A DNA stretch of 64,000 nt, taken from contig CAUSWF010000004.1 in the NCBI GenBank assembly GCA_963535465.1, positions 3,643-67,642 of the forward strand. The letters run 5' to 3'. The notes under the pieces were generated by a model. It worked only from the letters and a program-made list of their open reading frames with translations. It did no database searches and had not been told where the DNA came from. The stretch comes from an uncultured Erysipelotrichaceae bacterium (GTDB lineage: Bacteria > Bacillota_I > Bacilli_A > RF39 > UBA660). Both the position numbers and the translations under genes were made by a program. Shown here in pieces: positions 20,159-30,797 of this stretch (position 1 is the first letter of the stretch; each line of letters opens with the position of its first letter).

Positions 20159-21159
20159 TGAATAATAAAAAATCTAAAATAAATAGCATATTGATAACAA
20201 TATTAATGGTAATAATACTAATTGTTGTAGTAAAAGATGACTATAAACAAATATTACAAATTTTAACTAAAATGAATCTAATATTTATTTTATTGGCAAT
20301 ACTATCATACTCTATGTATGTAATACTATATGGATATCTTGGATATATAACAATAAATCAAAAAGATAAAGTATCGCTGTTAACATCTATTAAATTATAT
20401 TTAATCAATTTATTTTTTAGTGGTATAACACCATTTGCCTATGGCGGAGAACCTATGCAAATATATTACTTAACTAAATATGATATTAAATTAGAAGACG
20501 CAACTAACGCTGTAATAATTGATTATATCTTGTACCAAATATCACTATTATTAATAGGAATATTTGCTCTAATATATAATAGTCTTTTTCATGTATATGA
20601 TATAACACTAGAAATAAAATATGCACTAATACTAGGATATGCAGTTAATATAATCGGAATATTAGTATTATCAGGATCGATATTTGCTAAAAATACTATG
20701 CAAAAGATAATAACTAATATAATAGTGTTTTTATCAAAAATAAAATTAATTAAGAATAAAGAAGAAAGATTAGAAAAAACAAATAAACAAATAGATGATT
20801 TCTATCTATCAAGTAGAACTATGATAAATAGAAAAGGATTTATAAAAAAAGCATTATTTATAAATATATTATCTCTATCATTTAGACATTTAACCGCAGC
20901 ATTTATTATTTATGCATCAGGAATATATAAACTAAATCCTCTTCAAGCATTTACCGCAAGCGCATTAACATTTGTCTGCGCAGCATTCATACCAATACCT
21001 GGAGGCTCAGGCGGAACAGAATATTTCTTTGTAAAATTTATTTCAAAATATATGCTTGAGCCATTCGCAAAAGTAATTTTATTAAGTTGGAGATTAATAA
21101 CATATTATTTACCTATGATAATAGGTTTGATATTAACAAAAACAGGAGGAAAAAAATGA
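20158..21159 (+). CDS. lysylphosphatidylglycerol-synthase TM-region-like (flippase-like) membrane protein
   Basis: ~8 TM segments; conserved PxPGGxG (FIPIPGGSGGTEYFF) typical of the LPG_synthase_TM/UPF0104 family. Confidence 0.55.
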   Translation: MNNKKSKINSILITILMVIILIVVVKDDYKQILQILTKMNLIFILLAILSYSMYVILYGYLGYITINQKDKVSLLTSIKLYLINLFFSGITPFAYGGEPMQIYYLTKYDIKLEDATNAVIIDYILYQISLLLIGIFALIYNSLFHVYDITLEIKYALILGYAVNIIGILVLSGSIFAKNTMQKIITNIIVFLSKIKLIKNKEERLEKTNKQIDDFYLSSRTMINRKGFIKKALFINILSLSFRHLTAAFIIYASGIYKLNPLQAFTASALTFVCAAFIPIPGGSGGTEYFFVKFISKYMLEPFAKVILLSWRLITYYLPMIIGLILTKTGGKK

Positions 21160-22406
21160 GAATAGGACTATTTACAGATACCTATCCACCATATATAAAT
21201 GGAGTATCTACTTCAGTTAACATGCTTAAAAATTCATTAGAAGAATTAGGGCATACAGTATATGTAATAACAGTAAATCCAAAATCAGTTCTAAAATATG
21301 AATATGATGAAAAAAATAAAATATTAAAAGTACCTGGCATAGAAACAGGAATATATGACTATAGACTTGGTAAAATATATTCATCAAAAGTAGCTAAAAA
21401 AATAAAAGAATGGAAATTAGATGTTATTCATTCACATTCAGAATTTAGTATGGGAATAATGGCTAGAATGATAGGAAGAGAATTAAATCTACCAATAATT
21501 CATACCTACCATACTCTTCTAGAAGATTATACTTATTATGTATTACCAAAGATGTTTGATGGGGTAACTACTAAATTAGTAGAATATCTAACAAAGTTTT
21601 ACTGTGAAACTACTGCTGCTGAAGTAATAGTCCCAACAGAAAAAATATATGAACTATTTAGAGATAAATATAAACTATCAAAACAGCTTAACATAATACC
21701 AACAGGTATAGAAGTAGAAAGATTTAAAAAAGAGAAGTTAGATAAGAAACTGCTTTTAAAATTAAGAAAAGAATATAATCTATCAAAGAAAGACTTTGTT
21801 ATAATTACAGTAGGTAGATTAGCTAAAGAAAAGAACTTTGAATTAACGATAAAAGCAATGAAAAAAATAATTAAACAAGCGCCTAATATAAAATTATTAA
21901 TAGTAGGGGATGGCCCTTATAAAGAAGAATTACAAAAAATTACTAAAGAGGAAAAAGTCAATAACAATGTAATATTTGTAGGTAAAGTAGCTTGGGATGA
22001 TATGCCTTATTACTATGGATTAGGAGATATTTACACATCCGCTTCACTATCAGAAACTCAAGGTCTAACAGTAATAGAAGCTATGGCAGGAGGATTAACT
22101 CCAGTATGTATAAAAGATCAAGCCTTTTCATCGATGATAACTAATACACTGGATGGATATATTTATAAAAATGTAGATGAGTATCAAACTATAGTTTTAA
22201 AATTAAGTAAAAATAAAAAACTTTTAGATATCACTTCTAAAAAAGGAATAGAAAAAGCTGATGAATATAGTGCAAATACATATGCAAAGAAAGTATTAAA
22301 GGTATATAATAAAGCTATAAAAGAAAAAAAAGAGGATAATAGATATGGAATCTTCTCAAAAATCTACAACAAACTAAAAGGAGATAAAAATGTTAGTTCT
22401 AAATAA
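21156..22406 (+). CDS. GT4 family glycosyltransferase (glycolipid synthase-like)
   Basis: MRIGLFTDTYPPYINGVS start; C-terminal E-x7-E region (SETQGLTVIEAMAGG); ATGA overlap with preceding gene. Confidence 0.75.
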   Translation: MRIGLFTDTYPPYINGVSTSVNMLKNSLEELGHTVYVITVNPKSVLKYEYDEKNKILKVPGIETGIYDYRLGKIYSSKVAKKIKEWKLDVIHSHSEFSMGIMARMIGRELNLPIIHTYHTLLEDYTYYVLPKMFDGVTTKLVEYLTKFYCETTAAEVIVPTEKIYELFRDKYKLSKQLNIIPTGIEVERFKKEKLDKKLLLKLRKEYNLSKKDFVIITVGRLAKEKNFELTIKAMKKIIKQAPNIKLLIVGDGPYKEELQKITKEEKVNNNVIFVGKVAWDDMPYYYGLGDIYTSASLSETQGLTVIEAMAGGLTPVCIKDQAFSSMITNTLDGYIYKNVDEYQTIVLKLSKNKKLLDITSKKGIEKADEYSANTYAKKVLKVYNKAIKEKKEDNRYGIFSKIYNKLKGDKNVSSK

Positions 22407-23085
22407 TAAAAGTAATCTATGTAAAACTGAATTTATAAAATATCAAAAAGAACTAGAAAAGTTCAAAATAAAAGATCAAGAAGTAATATTATGCCCAGCT
22501 GATATAAATATCGCATTATTTAATTTATCAAATATAATTCTTGGAGCACAAAATGTTAGCTCTTATAATGAAGGACCACATACAGGAGAAATATCTTCTA
22601 AAATGTTAAAATCATATGGAGTAGAATACTCACTAGTAGGCCATAGTGAACGACGTCGTGAACAAAAAGAAAAAGATATAGATGTCCAATCAAAAATACA
22701 AGCACTACTTCAAGTAGGGATAAAACCAATACTATGCATTGGTGAAACAAAAGAAGAAAGAAAATCTGGCAAAGTTTTAGAAAAAATAGCGGAAGAATTG
22801 TCAGTAGCTTTTGAAGATCTAACAAAAGAAGAAATAGATGGTATAGTAATTGCATATGAACCACTATATGCAATAGGTACAGGAGTAGTACCATCTCTAA
22901 AGGAAATAGAAGAAGTATTATCATTTGTAAAAGAAAAATATAAAGAAAATAAACTATTATACGGAGGAAGCGTAAATCTAGACACATTTAAAAAATTAAA
23001 GAACAGCTCATTAATAGATGGATATTTATTAGGAAGTTTAAGCTTAAAAGTAGGAGAATTGAAAGAATTTATAAAAAAGATTTAA
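22390..23085 (+). CDS. tpiA: triosephosphate isomerase
   Basis: VGHSERR, IAYEPLYAIGTG motifs. Confidence 0.9.
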   Translation: MLVLNNKSNLCKTEFIKYQKELEKFKIKDQEVILCPADINIALFNLSNIILGAQNVSSYNEGPHTGEISSKMLKSYGVEYSLVGHSERRREQKEKDIDVQSKIQALLQVGIKPILCIGETKEERKSGKVLEKIAEELSVAFEDLTKEEIDGIVIAYEPLYAIGTGVVPSLKEIEEVLSFVKEKYKENKLLYGGSVNLDTFKKLKNSSLIDGYLLGSLSLKVGELKEFIKKI

Positions 23086-23218
23086 GAAGATAGGGGGACT
23101 ATTTTCTTTTTTTAAAGAATAAAAGGAGAACTTATGGAAGTCATAGTAAGAGGCAAGAAGGAAATATTGAAAAGCTTGGCAAAACAATATGAAGAGGTAA
23201 TGATATCTTTGGATGTAG

Positions 23219-23644
23219 TTGAAGTTACATCAAAAAAAAGAGCACGATAAAACAAGCTGTGTTTGTTTAAATATAAAAGATATTAGTATAGAAGAAGTGA
23301 GACAAGAAATAAAAAAAGAACTAATGTATTTAGGAGTACCATTATATAAAGCAGGTTATGAGTATTTAGAAGAAAGTATTTTAACAAAAATAATAAAAGA
23401 TATAAAACTTTTAACAGATATATATGAAATAGTTGCTAAAGAGAAATCTACTTCTAAAGAAAATGTAGAAGTCGCAATAAGAAGAGTAATTGAAGATTGT
23501 TTTGATAAAATGACGCCAGATATAATAGAAGAAGTATTTAGTAACACCCTATCACCTTCTAAAGATAAAGCAACTAATTTAGAGTTTATTACTATAATAG
23601 AAGATATAGTAAAAGATAAAGTATCAACTAGAAATATTGAATAA
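23219..23644 (+). CDS. Spo0A C-terminal DNA-binding-domain protein (no receiver domain); possibly frameshifted with upstream 38-codon ORF 23134..23250
   Basis: LMYLGVPLYKAGYEYLEESI...VEVAIRRVIE ~ Spo0A_C (GVPAHIKGYQYLREAI...VERAIRHAIE); A8 run at 23232-23239 separates the two frames. Confidence 0.55.
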   Translation: MKLHQKKEHDKTSCVCLNIKDISIEEVRQEIKKELMYLGVPLYKAGYEYLEESILTKIIKDIKLLTDIYEIVAKEKSTSKENVEVAIRRVIEDCFDKMTPDIIEEVFSNTLSPSKDKATNLEFITIIEDIVKDKVSTRNIE

Positions 23645-23695
23645 TTATAAAAATATGATATACTAATTATAGAATATGTGAGGTGAATACATATT

Positions 23696-24970
23696 ATGGA
23701 ACGTAAAATAGAAAAATTTCTACTAAAATGGAAAACAGACATTATAAGAAAACCACTAATCCTATATGGCCCAAAGGGAGTAGGAAAAAGTTATACTACT
23801 ATAAAGTTTGGACAGGAATATTATAATAATGTTGCTTATATTAATTCTGAATATAATGAAGAAGTATTAAATCTCTTTAATAAAGAAAAATCTACTAAAA
23901 AAATAATAGATATGTTGAGTGAAATGACTAATGAAGAAATACTTCCAGAAACCACACTTATAGTAATAGATAACTTAACATCTACTGTAATAGCAAAAAC
24001 ATTAAGATTATTTGGAAGTGAACATTCTAAATATCACATCATCGCAATCACATCAAATAGATCTAAACTAACAGAATTTAAAGATGAAAATTTACAATTT
24101 AAGAGTATGGGTCAAATGGACTTTGAAGAATATTTGTGGGCATATAACGAAAAAGAAATGGCTGATTTAATTAGAAAATCATTCACAAAGAAAAAAACTT
24201 TCCCATTTCATAAAGTTGCAATGAAATTATTTAAAGACTTTATTGAAACAGGAGGACTACCTGAATTAGTTCAAGCTAAATTACTTGGCAGTAGTGAATT
24301 AGAAATAGAAATAATAAAACAAAAGAATTTAGAAGTTTATAGAAAAGAAATTTCTCAAAATAATAATTTAATAGATATACAAAGAGGATTAGAAGTATTT
24401 AATTCAATAGGGAAACAACTATTAAAAGATAACAGAAAATTCCAATACGGATTATTAGGAGAAGGAAGAAGAGCAAAAGAATATGCTTCATCTATAGAAT
24501 ATTTAGTAAGTAATCAATTAGCATATAGAAGCTTTAAAGTATCAGATATTAAAATAGTATTAAGTTCAGTAAAAGAAAAAGATAGCTTTAAATTATATAT
24601 GCCAGATGATGGTATGTTATATACTATGCTTCATTTAAATAGAAAGAAAGTAGAAGAAAATGAAAATATAAAAGAATTACTATATGAAAATCACATAGCA
24701 CATACATTATCAGATGGAGGATATGGACTATATTACTACGCTTCTAGTGGAAAGGCTGAATTATCATTTGTAATACAAAATAGAAAAGGTGAAATAATAC
24801 CAATAGAGTTAAATGTAAGAAGCAACTCCAAAGCCAAATCACTATCAGTATTTATGAAAAAATTCACTGTAAAGAAAGCATATAGAATAACAGAAAATAA
24901 CTTCCAGACTAAGAAAGACATAAGATATATTCCAATATATTCTACATTTTGTTTTAATGATAATAATTAG
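23696..24970 (+). CDS. AAA+ ATPase (DUF4143 family)
   Basis: ILYGPKGVGKSYT Walker A; ~420 aa architecture typical of AAA_14+DUF4143. Confidence 0.65.
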   Translation: MERKIEKFLLKWKTDIIRKPLILYGPKGVGKSYTTIKFGQEYYNNVAYINSEYNEEVLNLFNKEKSTKKIIDMLSEMTNEEILPETTLIVIDNLTSTVIAKTLRLFGSEHSKYHIIAITSNRSKLTEFKDENLQFKSMGQMDFEEYLWAYNEKEMADLIRKSFTKKKTFPFHKVAMKLFKDFIETGGLPELVQAKLLGSSELEIEIIKQKNLEVYRKEISQNNNLIDIQRGLEVFNSIGKQLLKDNRKFQYGLLGEGRRAKEYASSIEYLVSNQLAYRSFKVSDIKIVLSSVKEKDSFKLYMPDDGMLYTMLHLNRKKVEENENIKELLYENHIAHTLSDGGYGLYYYASSGKAELSFVIQNRKGEIIPIELNVRSNSKAKSLSVFMKKFTVKKAYRITENNFQTKKDIRYIPIYSTFCFNDNN

Positions 24971-24991
24971 AGTGGTATCCACTCTTTTTTG
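24969..24991 (+). terminator. intrinsic terminator
   Basis: AGAGTGGTATCCACTCT plus TTTTTT. Confidence 0.5.
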
Positions 24992-25016
24992 ATATAATAA
25001 AGTTGAGGTGATAAAT

Positions 25017-26216
25017 ATGAGAATTGTATTTCATATAGATGTAAACAATGCATTTTTATCATGGACAGCAGTAAAACTTCTAAAAGAAGGGAAAAAAGAT
25101 ATAAGAAAAATTCCATCAGTAATAGGAGGAGATGAGACAAAAAGACATGGCATAGTCTTAGCTAAATCACCTGTTGCTAAAAAGATGGGTATAACTTCAG
25201 CTATGCCGCTATACGAAGCAAAAAAAATATGTAATAATTTAGAAATATATAGACCAGATATGGAATATTATAGTGAATCTTCAAATAAATTTTATGAATA
25301 TTTAAAAAAATATTCCCCAGAAATAGAAAGATATTCAATAGATGAATGTTTTTTGGAATTAACCAACACTAAATACTTATATGATGACTATATAGCTCTA
25401 GCCTATAAAATAAAAGACGATATCAAAAACAAATTTGGTTTCACAGTAAATGTAGGTATAGGCAATAATAAATTATGTGCTAAAATGGCAAGTGATTTTG
25501 AAAAGCCGGATAAAGTTCACACTCTAATGCATGATGAGATAGTCACTAAAATGTGGCCTTTACCAGTAGAAGACTTAATATATATAGGAAAACAAAAAGC
25601 AAAAAAACTTAAACAGATGAATATAAATACAATATCTGATTTAGCACATGTATCTGAAAAAAAGTTAAGTAAAGAATTCAAAAATCAAGCTAAACAAATG
25701 AAAGAATATGCCCAAGGTATAGATAATTCTAAAGTAGCAGAGCAAGAAGAAATAAAAAGTATAGGAAGAGAAGTAACTTTAAAATATAATACTTCCGATG
25801 AAGAAAAACTAAAAGAAGAAATATATAAACAAACAGATGAACTAGCTAGAAGATTAAGAAAAGAAAAATTATATGCAAAAAATATAGGATTGGTATATAA
25901 AGATGCTTTGTTTATATCTAAAACTCATCAAAAAGAATTAGAGTATCCAACAAATTCTACTAAAAAAATATTTATTAACTTGATAGAACTATTCAATAAG
26001 ACTTATAATAAAGAACCAATAAGACTTATAGGTGTTAGATTATCACACTTAACAAATAAATTAGAAAAACAAATATCAATATTTGAAGAAGAAAAAGAAG
26101 AAATAAATAGCATAGACAATTTAATAGATAATTTAAATAACAAATTTGGCAAGACTATAATATCAAGCGCAACTATTAAAAAAATTGAAAGAGGTAAAAA
26201 TGAAAGAAATAACTAA
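25017..26216 (+). CDS. dinB: DNA polymerase IV (Y-family)
   Basis: IFHIDVNNAF...SIDECFLEL catalytic motifs; ATG at 25017. Confidence 0.85.
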   Translation: MRIVFHIDVNNAFLSWTAVKLLKEGKKDIRKIPSVIGGDETKRHGIVLAKSPVAKKMGITSAMPLYEAKKICNNLEIYRPDMEYYSESSNKFYEYLKKYSPEIERYSIDECFLELTNTKYLYDDYIALAYKIKDDIKNKFGFTVNVGIGNNKLCAKMASDFEKPDKVHTLMHDEIVTKMWPLPVEDLIYIGKQKAKKLKQMNINTISDLAHVSEKKLSKEFKNQAKQMKEYAQGIDNSKVAEQEEIKSIGREVTLKYNTSDEEKLKEEIYKQTDELARRLRKEKLYAKNIGLVYKDALFISKTHQKELEYPTNSTKKIFINLIELFNKTYNKEPIRLIGVRLSHLTNKLEKQISIFEEEKEEINSIDNLIDNLNNKFGKTIISSATIKKIERGKNERNN

Positions 26217-27708
26217 AATAGCAGAAAAACTTAATATAAAAGAATTAATACCATATGGTAAATATATGGCTAAAATTAACGATAAAAAACATCAAATGAA
26301 AAAAGGTAAATTAATATTAGTTACTTCAATTAATCCAACTCCATCTGGTGAAGGTAAAACAACACTAAGCATAGGAATAAATGATTCATTAAATAAATTG
26401 GGATTTAATGCTATAGCTTGTCTAAGAGAACCATCCCTAGGACCAGTATTTGGAAGAAAGGGCGGAGCAATAGGTGGAGGAAAAAGTATATTAGAACCAT
26501 CTGTTGATATAAATCTACATTTCACAGGAGATTTTCACGCAATAACTTCTGCCAACAATTTAATTTGTGCAGTAGTCGATAACCATATTTATCAAGGAAA
26601 TGAATTAGGAATAGATAAAGTAACTATAAAAAGATGTATTGATATGAATGATAGAAGTTTAAGAGAAGACTTTGTAATAACACCAGCATCTGACATAATG
26701 GCAATATTATGTTTATCAGAAGATATAGAAGATTTAAAAAGAAAAATTTCAAAAATAGTGGTAGGATATACAAAAGAAAATAAAAAAATAACAGTAAAAG
26801 ATCTTCACATTGAAGAAGCTGCTACAATACTTCTAAAAGATGCTATAAAACCTAATTTAGTTCAAACAAAATATGGAAACCCAGTAATAGTTCATGGAGG
26901 ACCATTTGCAAACATAGCACAGGGGACATCATCTGTTATAGGGACAAAGTTAGGGCTTAGTTTAGCAGATTACGTAATAACGGAAGCAGGATTCGGAAGT
27001 GATCTAGGAGGAATAAAATTCTTTGATATAAAATGTAAGAACAATAACCTATATCCAGATGCAGTTGTATTAAATACGACAGTACAAGCGCTAAAATATA
27101 ATGGAGATAATAGTCTAGAAAAAGGAATATCTAATTTAGAGTTTCATATAGAAAACATGAGTAAATACACTTCTAACCTATTAGTCGCAATAAATAAATT
27201 TGATAACGATTTAGAAGAAGAACTTGAATATATCAAATCATTCTGCAATAAAAAAGGAATAAAAGCATACGTTTGCACCATGTTTAAAGATGGAGAAGAC
27301 GGTTGTATAGAATTAGCGCAAGCTTTAGCAGAACTTCCTGCAAATAAAAAAAGATACACTATATATAATAAGGATGATAGTTTAATAGAAAAAATCAATA
27401 AAGTTTGTATAAATGAATTAAAAGCCCAAAAAGTAGAATTAAATGGAGAATTATTAAAAGAATTAAATTCACTACCACAAGACTTTGATATATGCATAAG
27501 CAAAACACCAATGTCTATAAGTGATAATGCAAAATTGCTAGGATATCCTAAAGGCTACATTGCAAAAGTAACTAATATAACAGCAAACTATGGAATAAAA
27601 CTAGTAACTATACATTTAGGAAATACATTAACTATGCCAGGGCTAATAAAAGACTCAAACTATTTAAATATGAAGATTGAAGAAGACATTATATCCGGAA
27701 TAAGATAG
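26200..27708 (+). CDS. fhs: formate--tetrahydrofolate ligase
   Basis: PTPSGEGKTT P-loop and FTHFS core; ATG 26200 with AGAGG RBS. Confidence 0.9.
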   Translation: MKEITKIAEKLNIKELIPYGKYMAKINDKKHQMKKGKLILVTSINPTPSGEGKTTLSIGINDSLNKLGFNAIACLREPSLGPVFGRKGGAIGGGKSILEPSVDINLHFTGDFHAITSANNLICAVVDNHIYQGNELGIDKVTIKRCIDMNDRSLREDFVITPASDIMAILCLSEDIEDLKRKISKIVVGYTKENKKITVKDLHIEEAATILLKDAIKPNLVQTKYGNPVIVHGGPFANIAQGTSSVIGTKLGLSLADYVITEAGFGSDLGGIKFFDIKCKNNNLYPDAVVLNTTVQALKYNGDNSLEKGISNLEFHIENMSKYTSNLLVAINKFDNDLEEELEYIKSFCNKKGIKAYVCTMFKDGEDGCIELAQALAELPANKKRYTIYNKDDSLIEKINKVCINELKAQKVELNGELLKELNSLPQDFDICISKTPMSISDNAKLLGYPKGYIAKVTNITANYGIKLVTIHLGNTLTMPGLIKDSNYLNMKIEEDIISGIR

Positions 27709-27755
27709 ATGTCTTTTCTTATATTGAAAATAAATAAAAAAACTTTAAAAAAAGA

Positions 27756-27784
27756 TTGATTTATAAACTCTTCCCTGTTATAAT
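27756..27784 (+). promoter_or_regulatory. sigma-A promoter of the S10 operon
   Basis: TTGATT - 17 nt - TATAAT. Confidence 0.65.
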
Positions 27785-27791
27785 TATAGGC

Positions 27792-27929
27792 GTGTGACTG
27801 CTTAGATGTGCGAGGTTGCCGATACACTAGGTTAAGTTGTTAATCTGTAAAAAGAAAAACTTAACTTTTATCGGGTTATTCGTTACGGAGCAAGTCTATA
27901 CCAAGATATAGACGAAGGGAGGATTCAAA
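27792..27929 (+). promoter_or_regulatory. structured 5' leader of rpsJ operon (possible r-protein autoregulatory leader)
   Basis: ~140-nt GC-richer untranslated leader (GCGTGTGACTGCTTAGATGTGCGAGGTTGCCGATACAC...) in otherwise AT-rich DNA. Confidence 0.4.
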
Positions 27930-28241
27930 ATGTCAAATGAAAAAATTCGTATAAGAATTAAAGCTTACGATCATAGAGTACTTGATAGTGCTGCTAAAAA
28001 AATCGTTGAGACAGTTAAACGTACTGGCGGAGCAATATCTGGACCTGTACCATTACCAACTGAAATCGAAAAGTTTACAATTCTTAGAGCTGTTCACAAG
28101 TATAAAGATGCACGTGAACAATTTGAAATGCGTACACACAAAAGACTTATTGATATCAAAAATCCTAGCAAGGAAACTATTGATGCGTTAGCTCACTTAG
28201 ATTTACCTAGCGGAGTAGATATTCAAATCAAAACAAAATAA
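27930..28241 (+). CDS. rpsJ: 30S ribosomal protein S10
   Basis: Sequence and synteny. Confidence 0.95.
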   Translation: MSNEKIRIRIKAYDHRVLDSAAKKIVETVKRTGGAISGPVPLPTEIEKFTILRAVHKYKDAREQFEMRTHKRLIDIKNPSKETIDALAHLDLPSGVDIQIKTK

Positions 28242-28253
28242 TAGGAGGAAAAT

Positions 28254-28973
28254 ATGAAAGGAATCTTAGGTAAAAAAATCGGAATGACTCAAGTATTTAC
28301 TGAAGAAGGAATACTAATACCGGTTACTGTTGTTGAAGTAGAACCAAATGTGGTTACACAAATCAAGACAGTTGAAAAAGATGGTTATGATGCTATTCAA
28401 CTTTCTACTGGAACAAAAAGAGAAAGCTTAGCAAACAAACCTGAAATGGGTCATGCTAAAAAAGCAAACACTGAACCTAAGCGCTTCGTAAGAGAAATTA
28501 GAGGAGTAAACGTTTCAGAATATGAACTTGGACAAACTCTAAAAGCTGAGGAAGTGTTTAGCGCTGGTGAAATAGTTGATGTCACTGGGACAAGCAAAGG
28601 TAAAGGCTTCCAAGGTGTTATCAAACGCTGGAACCAAACAAGAGGTCCTATGGGACATGGTTCACAATATCACAGAGGTGTTGGTTCAATGGGTACATTG
28701 AGACCAATGCACGTACTTAAAGGAAAGAAACTTCCTGGACATATGGGTTATGTTAAGAGTACAGTACAAAATCTAGAAATAGTATCAGTAGATACAGAAG
28801 ATAATTTATTATTAATTAAAGGTAATGTTCCTGGTCCAAAGAAATCATTCGTTATGATTCGTACAGCTGTTAAAAAGCCAACTTCAAAAAATGAAGCAAA
28901 AGCATTAATTAGCTATAAAAAGGAAGAAACACCTGAAGTTACAGTAGAAAATACTGAAACAGTAGCAGAATAA
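28254..28973 (+). CDS. rplC: 50S ribosomal protein L3 (with ~30-aa acidic C-terminal extension)
   Basis: Sequence and synteny. Confidence 0.95.
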   Translation: MKGILGKKIGMTQVFTEEGILIPVTVVEVEPNVVTQIKTVEKDGYDAIQLSTGTKRESLANKPEMGHAKKANTEPKRFVREIRGVNVSEYELGQTLKAEEVFSAGEIVDVTGTSKGKGFQGVIKRWNQTRGPMGHGSQYHRGVGSMGTLRPMHVLKGKKLPGHMGYVKSTVQNLEIVSVDTEDNLLLIKGNVPGPKKSFVMIRTAVKKPTSKNEAKALISYKKEETPEVTVENTETVAE

Positions 28974-29027
28974 TAAATTCATCATGGAAAATACACAATT
29001 TGAAAATGATGAAAGGAGGAATTATTA

Positions 29028-29654
29028 ATGAAAAAGATAGAACTTTTAAATCTTAAAGGTGAAAAAGTAAAGGACATTAACTTAAAAGAAGAAGTATTTG
29101 GAATTAACCCTAACAATGCTGTTCTTAAAGATGCAATCGATGGAACAATGGCTGCATTAAGACAAGGAACACATTCAACAAAAAATCGTTCTGAAGTTCG
29201 TGGTGGAGGAAGAAAACCATGGAAGCAAAAAGGAACAGGAAATGCTCGTCAAGGATCAATTAGAGCAGTTCAATGGGTAGGTGGAGGACGTTATGGAACT
29301 CCAGTACCAAGAGACTACAGCAAAAAGCAAAATAAGAAGGAATACAGATTAGCTTTAAAGAGTGCTTTATCATACAAAGCTATGGATAAAGAATTACTTG
29401 TTGTAGAAAACATCACATTAAAAGATGCAAAAACAAAAACAATGCTTAATTTATTAGAAACATTAAACGTTGCTGACAAGAAAGTATTAATAGTAGTTAA
29501 AGAATTTGAAGACAATTTAATATTAGCTTCAAGAAACTTAACAAATATTGCTTTAATCGCAGCAGATGAGATAAACGTTTTAGACGTTGTATCTTCAGAC
29601 GTTATGCTTGTAACTAAAGAAGCATTAGAATTCATAGAGGAGGTGCTTGCATAA
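29028..29654 (+). CDS. rplD: 50S ribosomal protein L4
   Basis: Sequence and synteny. Confidence 0.95.
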   Translation: MKKIELLNLKGEKVKDINLKEEVFGINPNNAVLKDAIDGTMAALRQGTHSTKNRSEVRGGGRKPWKQKGTGNARQGSIRAVQWVGGGRYGTPVPRDYSKKQNKKEYRLALKSALSYKAMDKELLVVENITLKDAKTKTMLNLLETLNVADKKVLIVVKEFEDNLILASRNLTNIALIAADEINVLDVVSSDVMLVTKEALEFIEEVLA

Positions 29655-29938
29655 TGATGGATTTAAAATATTTAGAAATATTAAAAGCACCAGTTGTAAC
29701 TGAGAAATCAGAAGCAGACAAAAATAATGGAGTATACACTTTCAAAGTAGACCCAAAAGCAAATAAAATAGAAATAAAACAAGCTATTGAGAAAAAGTTT
29801 GGAGTAAAAGTTGTATCAGTAAGAACATTAAACGTACACGTTAAAACTAAAAAAGTTGGACGTTACGCTGGATTATCAAACAGATGCAAAAAAGCTTTTG
29901 TTAAATTAGCAGAAGGCCAAACAATTAATCTTGGTTAG
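29654..29938 (+). CDS. rplW: 50S ribosomal protein L23
   Basis: Sequence and synteny. Confidence 0.95.
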   Translation: MMDLKYLEILKAPVVTEKSEADKNNGVYTFKVDPKANKIEIKQAIEKKFGVKVVSVRTLNVHVKTKKVGRYAGLSNRCKKAFVKLAEGQTINLG

Positions 29939-29954
29939 AAGGAGGAAATAAGAT

Positions 29955-30779
29955 ATGATAAAAACATTTAAACCTACTACACCAGGACGTAGAAAAATGA
30001 CTGCTTTAGTAAATGCAGAAATTACAAAGACTACTCCAGAAAAATCATTAACATTCACATTAAAGAAAAATAGTGGACGTAATAACTCAGGTAAAATAAC
30101 TGTTCGTCATCAAGGTGGCGGAGTTAAGAGAAAATACCGTATTATTGATTTTAAGAGAAATAAATTAAACGTACCTGGAAAAGTAGCTAGTATTGAATAT
30201 GATCCAAATAGATCTGCTAATATAGCACTTATCAATTACGCTGATGGAGAAAAGAGATATATCTTAGCTCCACAAGGATTAGTAGTTGGAACAAAAATAT
30301 CATCAGGGGAAACTGCTGATATCAAACCTGGTAATGCATTACCAATAATGAATATTCCAGTTGGAACTATGGTTCATAATATTGAACTTCGTCCAGGAAA
30401 AGGTGGAGCTCTAGCAAGAAGTGCTGGAACAAGTGCACAAATACTTGGTCGTGAAGGTAACTATGTTATGATTCGTTTATCAAGTGGAGAACAAAGAAAA
30501 GTACTAGGAACATGCATGGCAACTGTTGGAGTTGTAGGAAATGAAGATGCAGCACTAGTTAAGATTGGAACTGCTGGACGTAAACGTCACATGGGAGTTA
30601 GACCTACAGTTCGTGGTTCAGTTATGAACCCTAACGATCACCCACACGGTGGAGGAGAAGGTAAGGCACCAGTTGGACGTAAAGCACCAATGACACCATG
30701 GGGCAAACCTGCTCTTGGATTAAAGACACGTAAAAAGAAAGCTTCAGATAAGCTAATCGTTCGTCGTCGTAACGGTTAA
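29955..30779 (+). CDS. rplB: 50S ribosomal protein L2
   Basis: Sequence and synteny. Confidence 0.95.
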   Translation: MIKTFKPTTPGRRKMTALVNAEITKTTPEKSLTFTLKKNSGRNNSGKITVRHQGGGVKRKYRIIDFKRNKLNVPGKVASIEYDPNRSANIALINYADGEKRYILAPQGLVVGTKISSGETADIKPGNALPIMNIPVGTMVHNIELRPGKGGALARSAGTSAQILGREGNYVMIRLSSGEQRKVLGTCMATVGVVGNEDAALVKIGTAGRKRHMGVRPTVRGSVMNPNDHPHGGGEGKAPVGRKAPMTPWGKPALGLKTRKKKASDKLIVRRRNG

Positions 30780-30797
30780 AAGAAAGGAGAATAACAA

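Noticed and set aside
25008-25016. Upstream GTG start for dinB (MINM...)
   Set aside because: ATG at 25017 aligns with the conserved Y-family N-terminus (MRIVFHIDVN) and better spacing from GAGGTG.
27982-28191. 69-aa + strand ORF inside rpsJ
   Set aside because: Alternative frame within ribosomal protein S10; no RBS.
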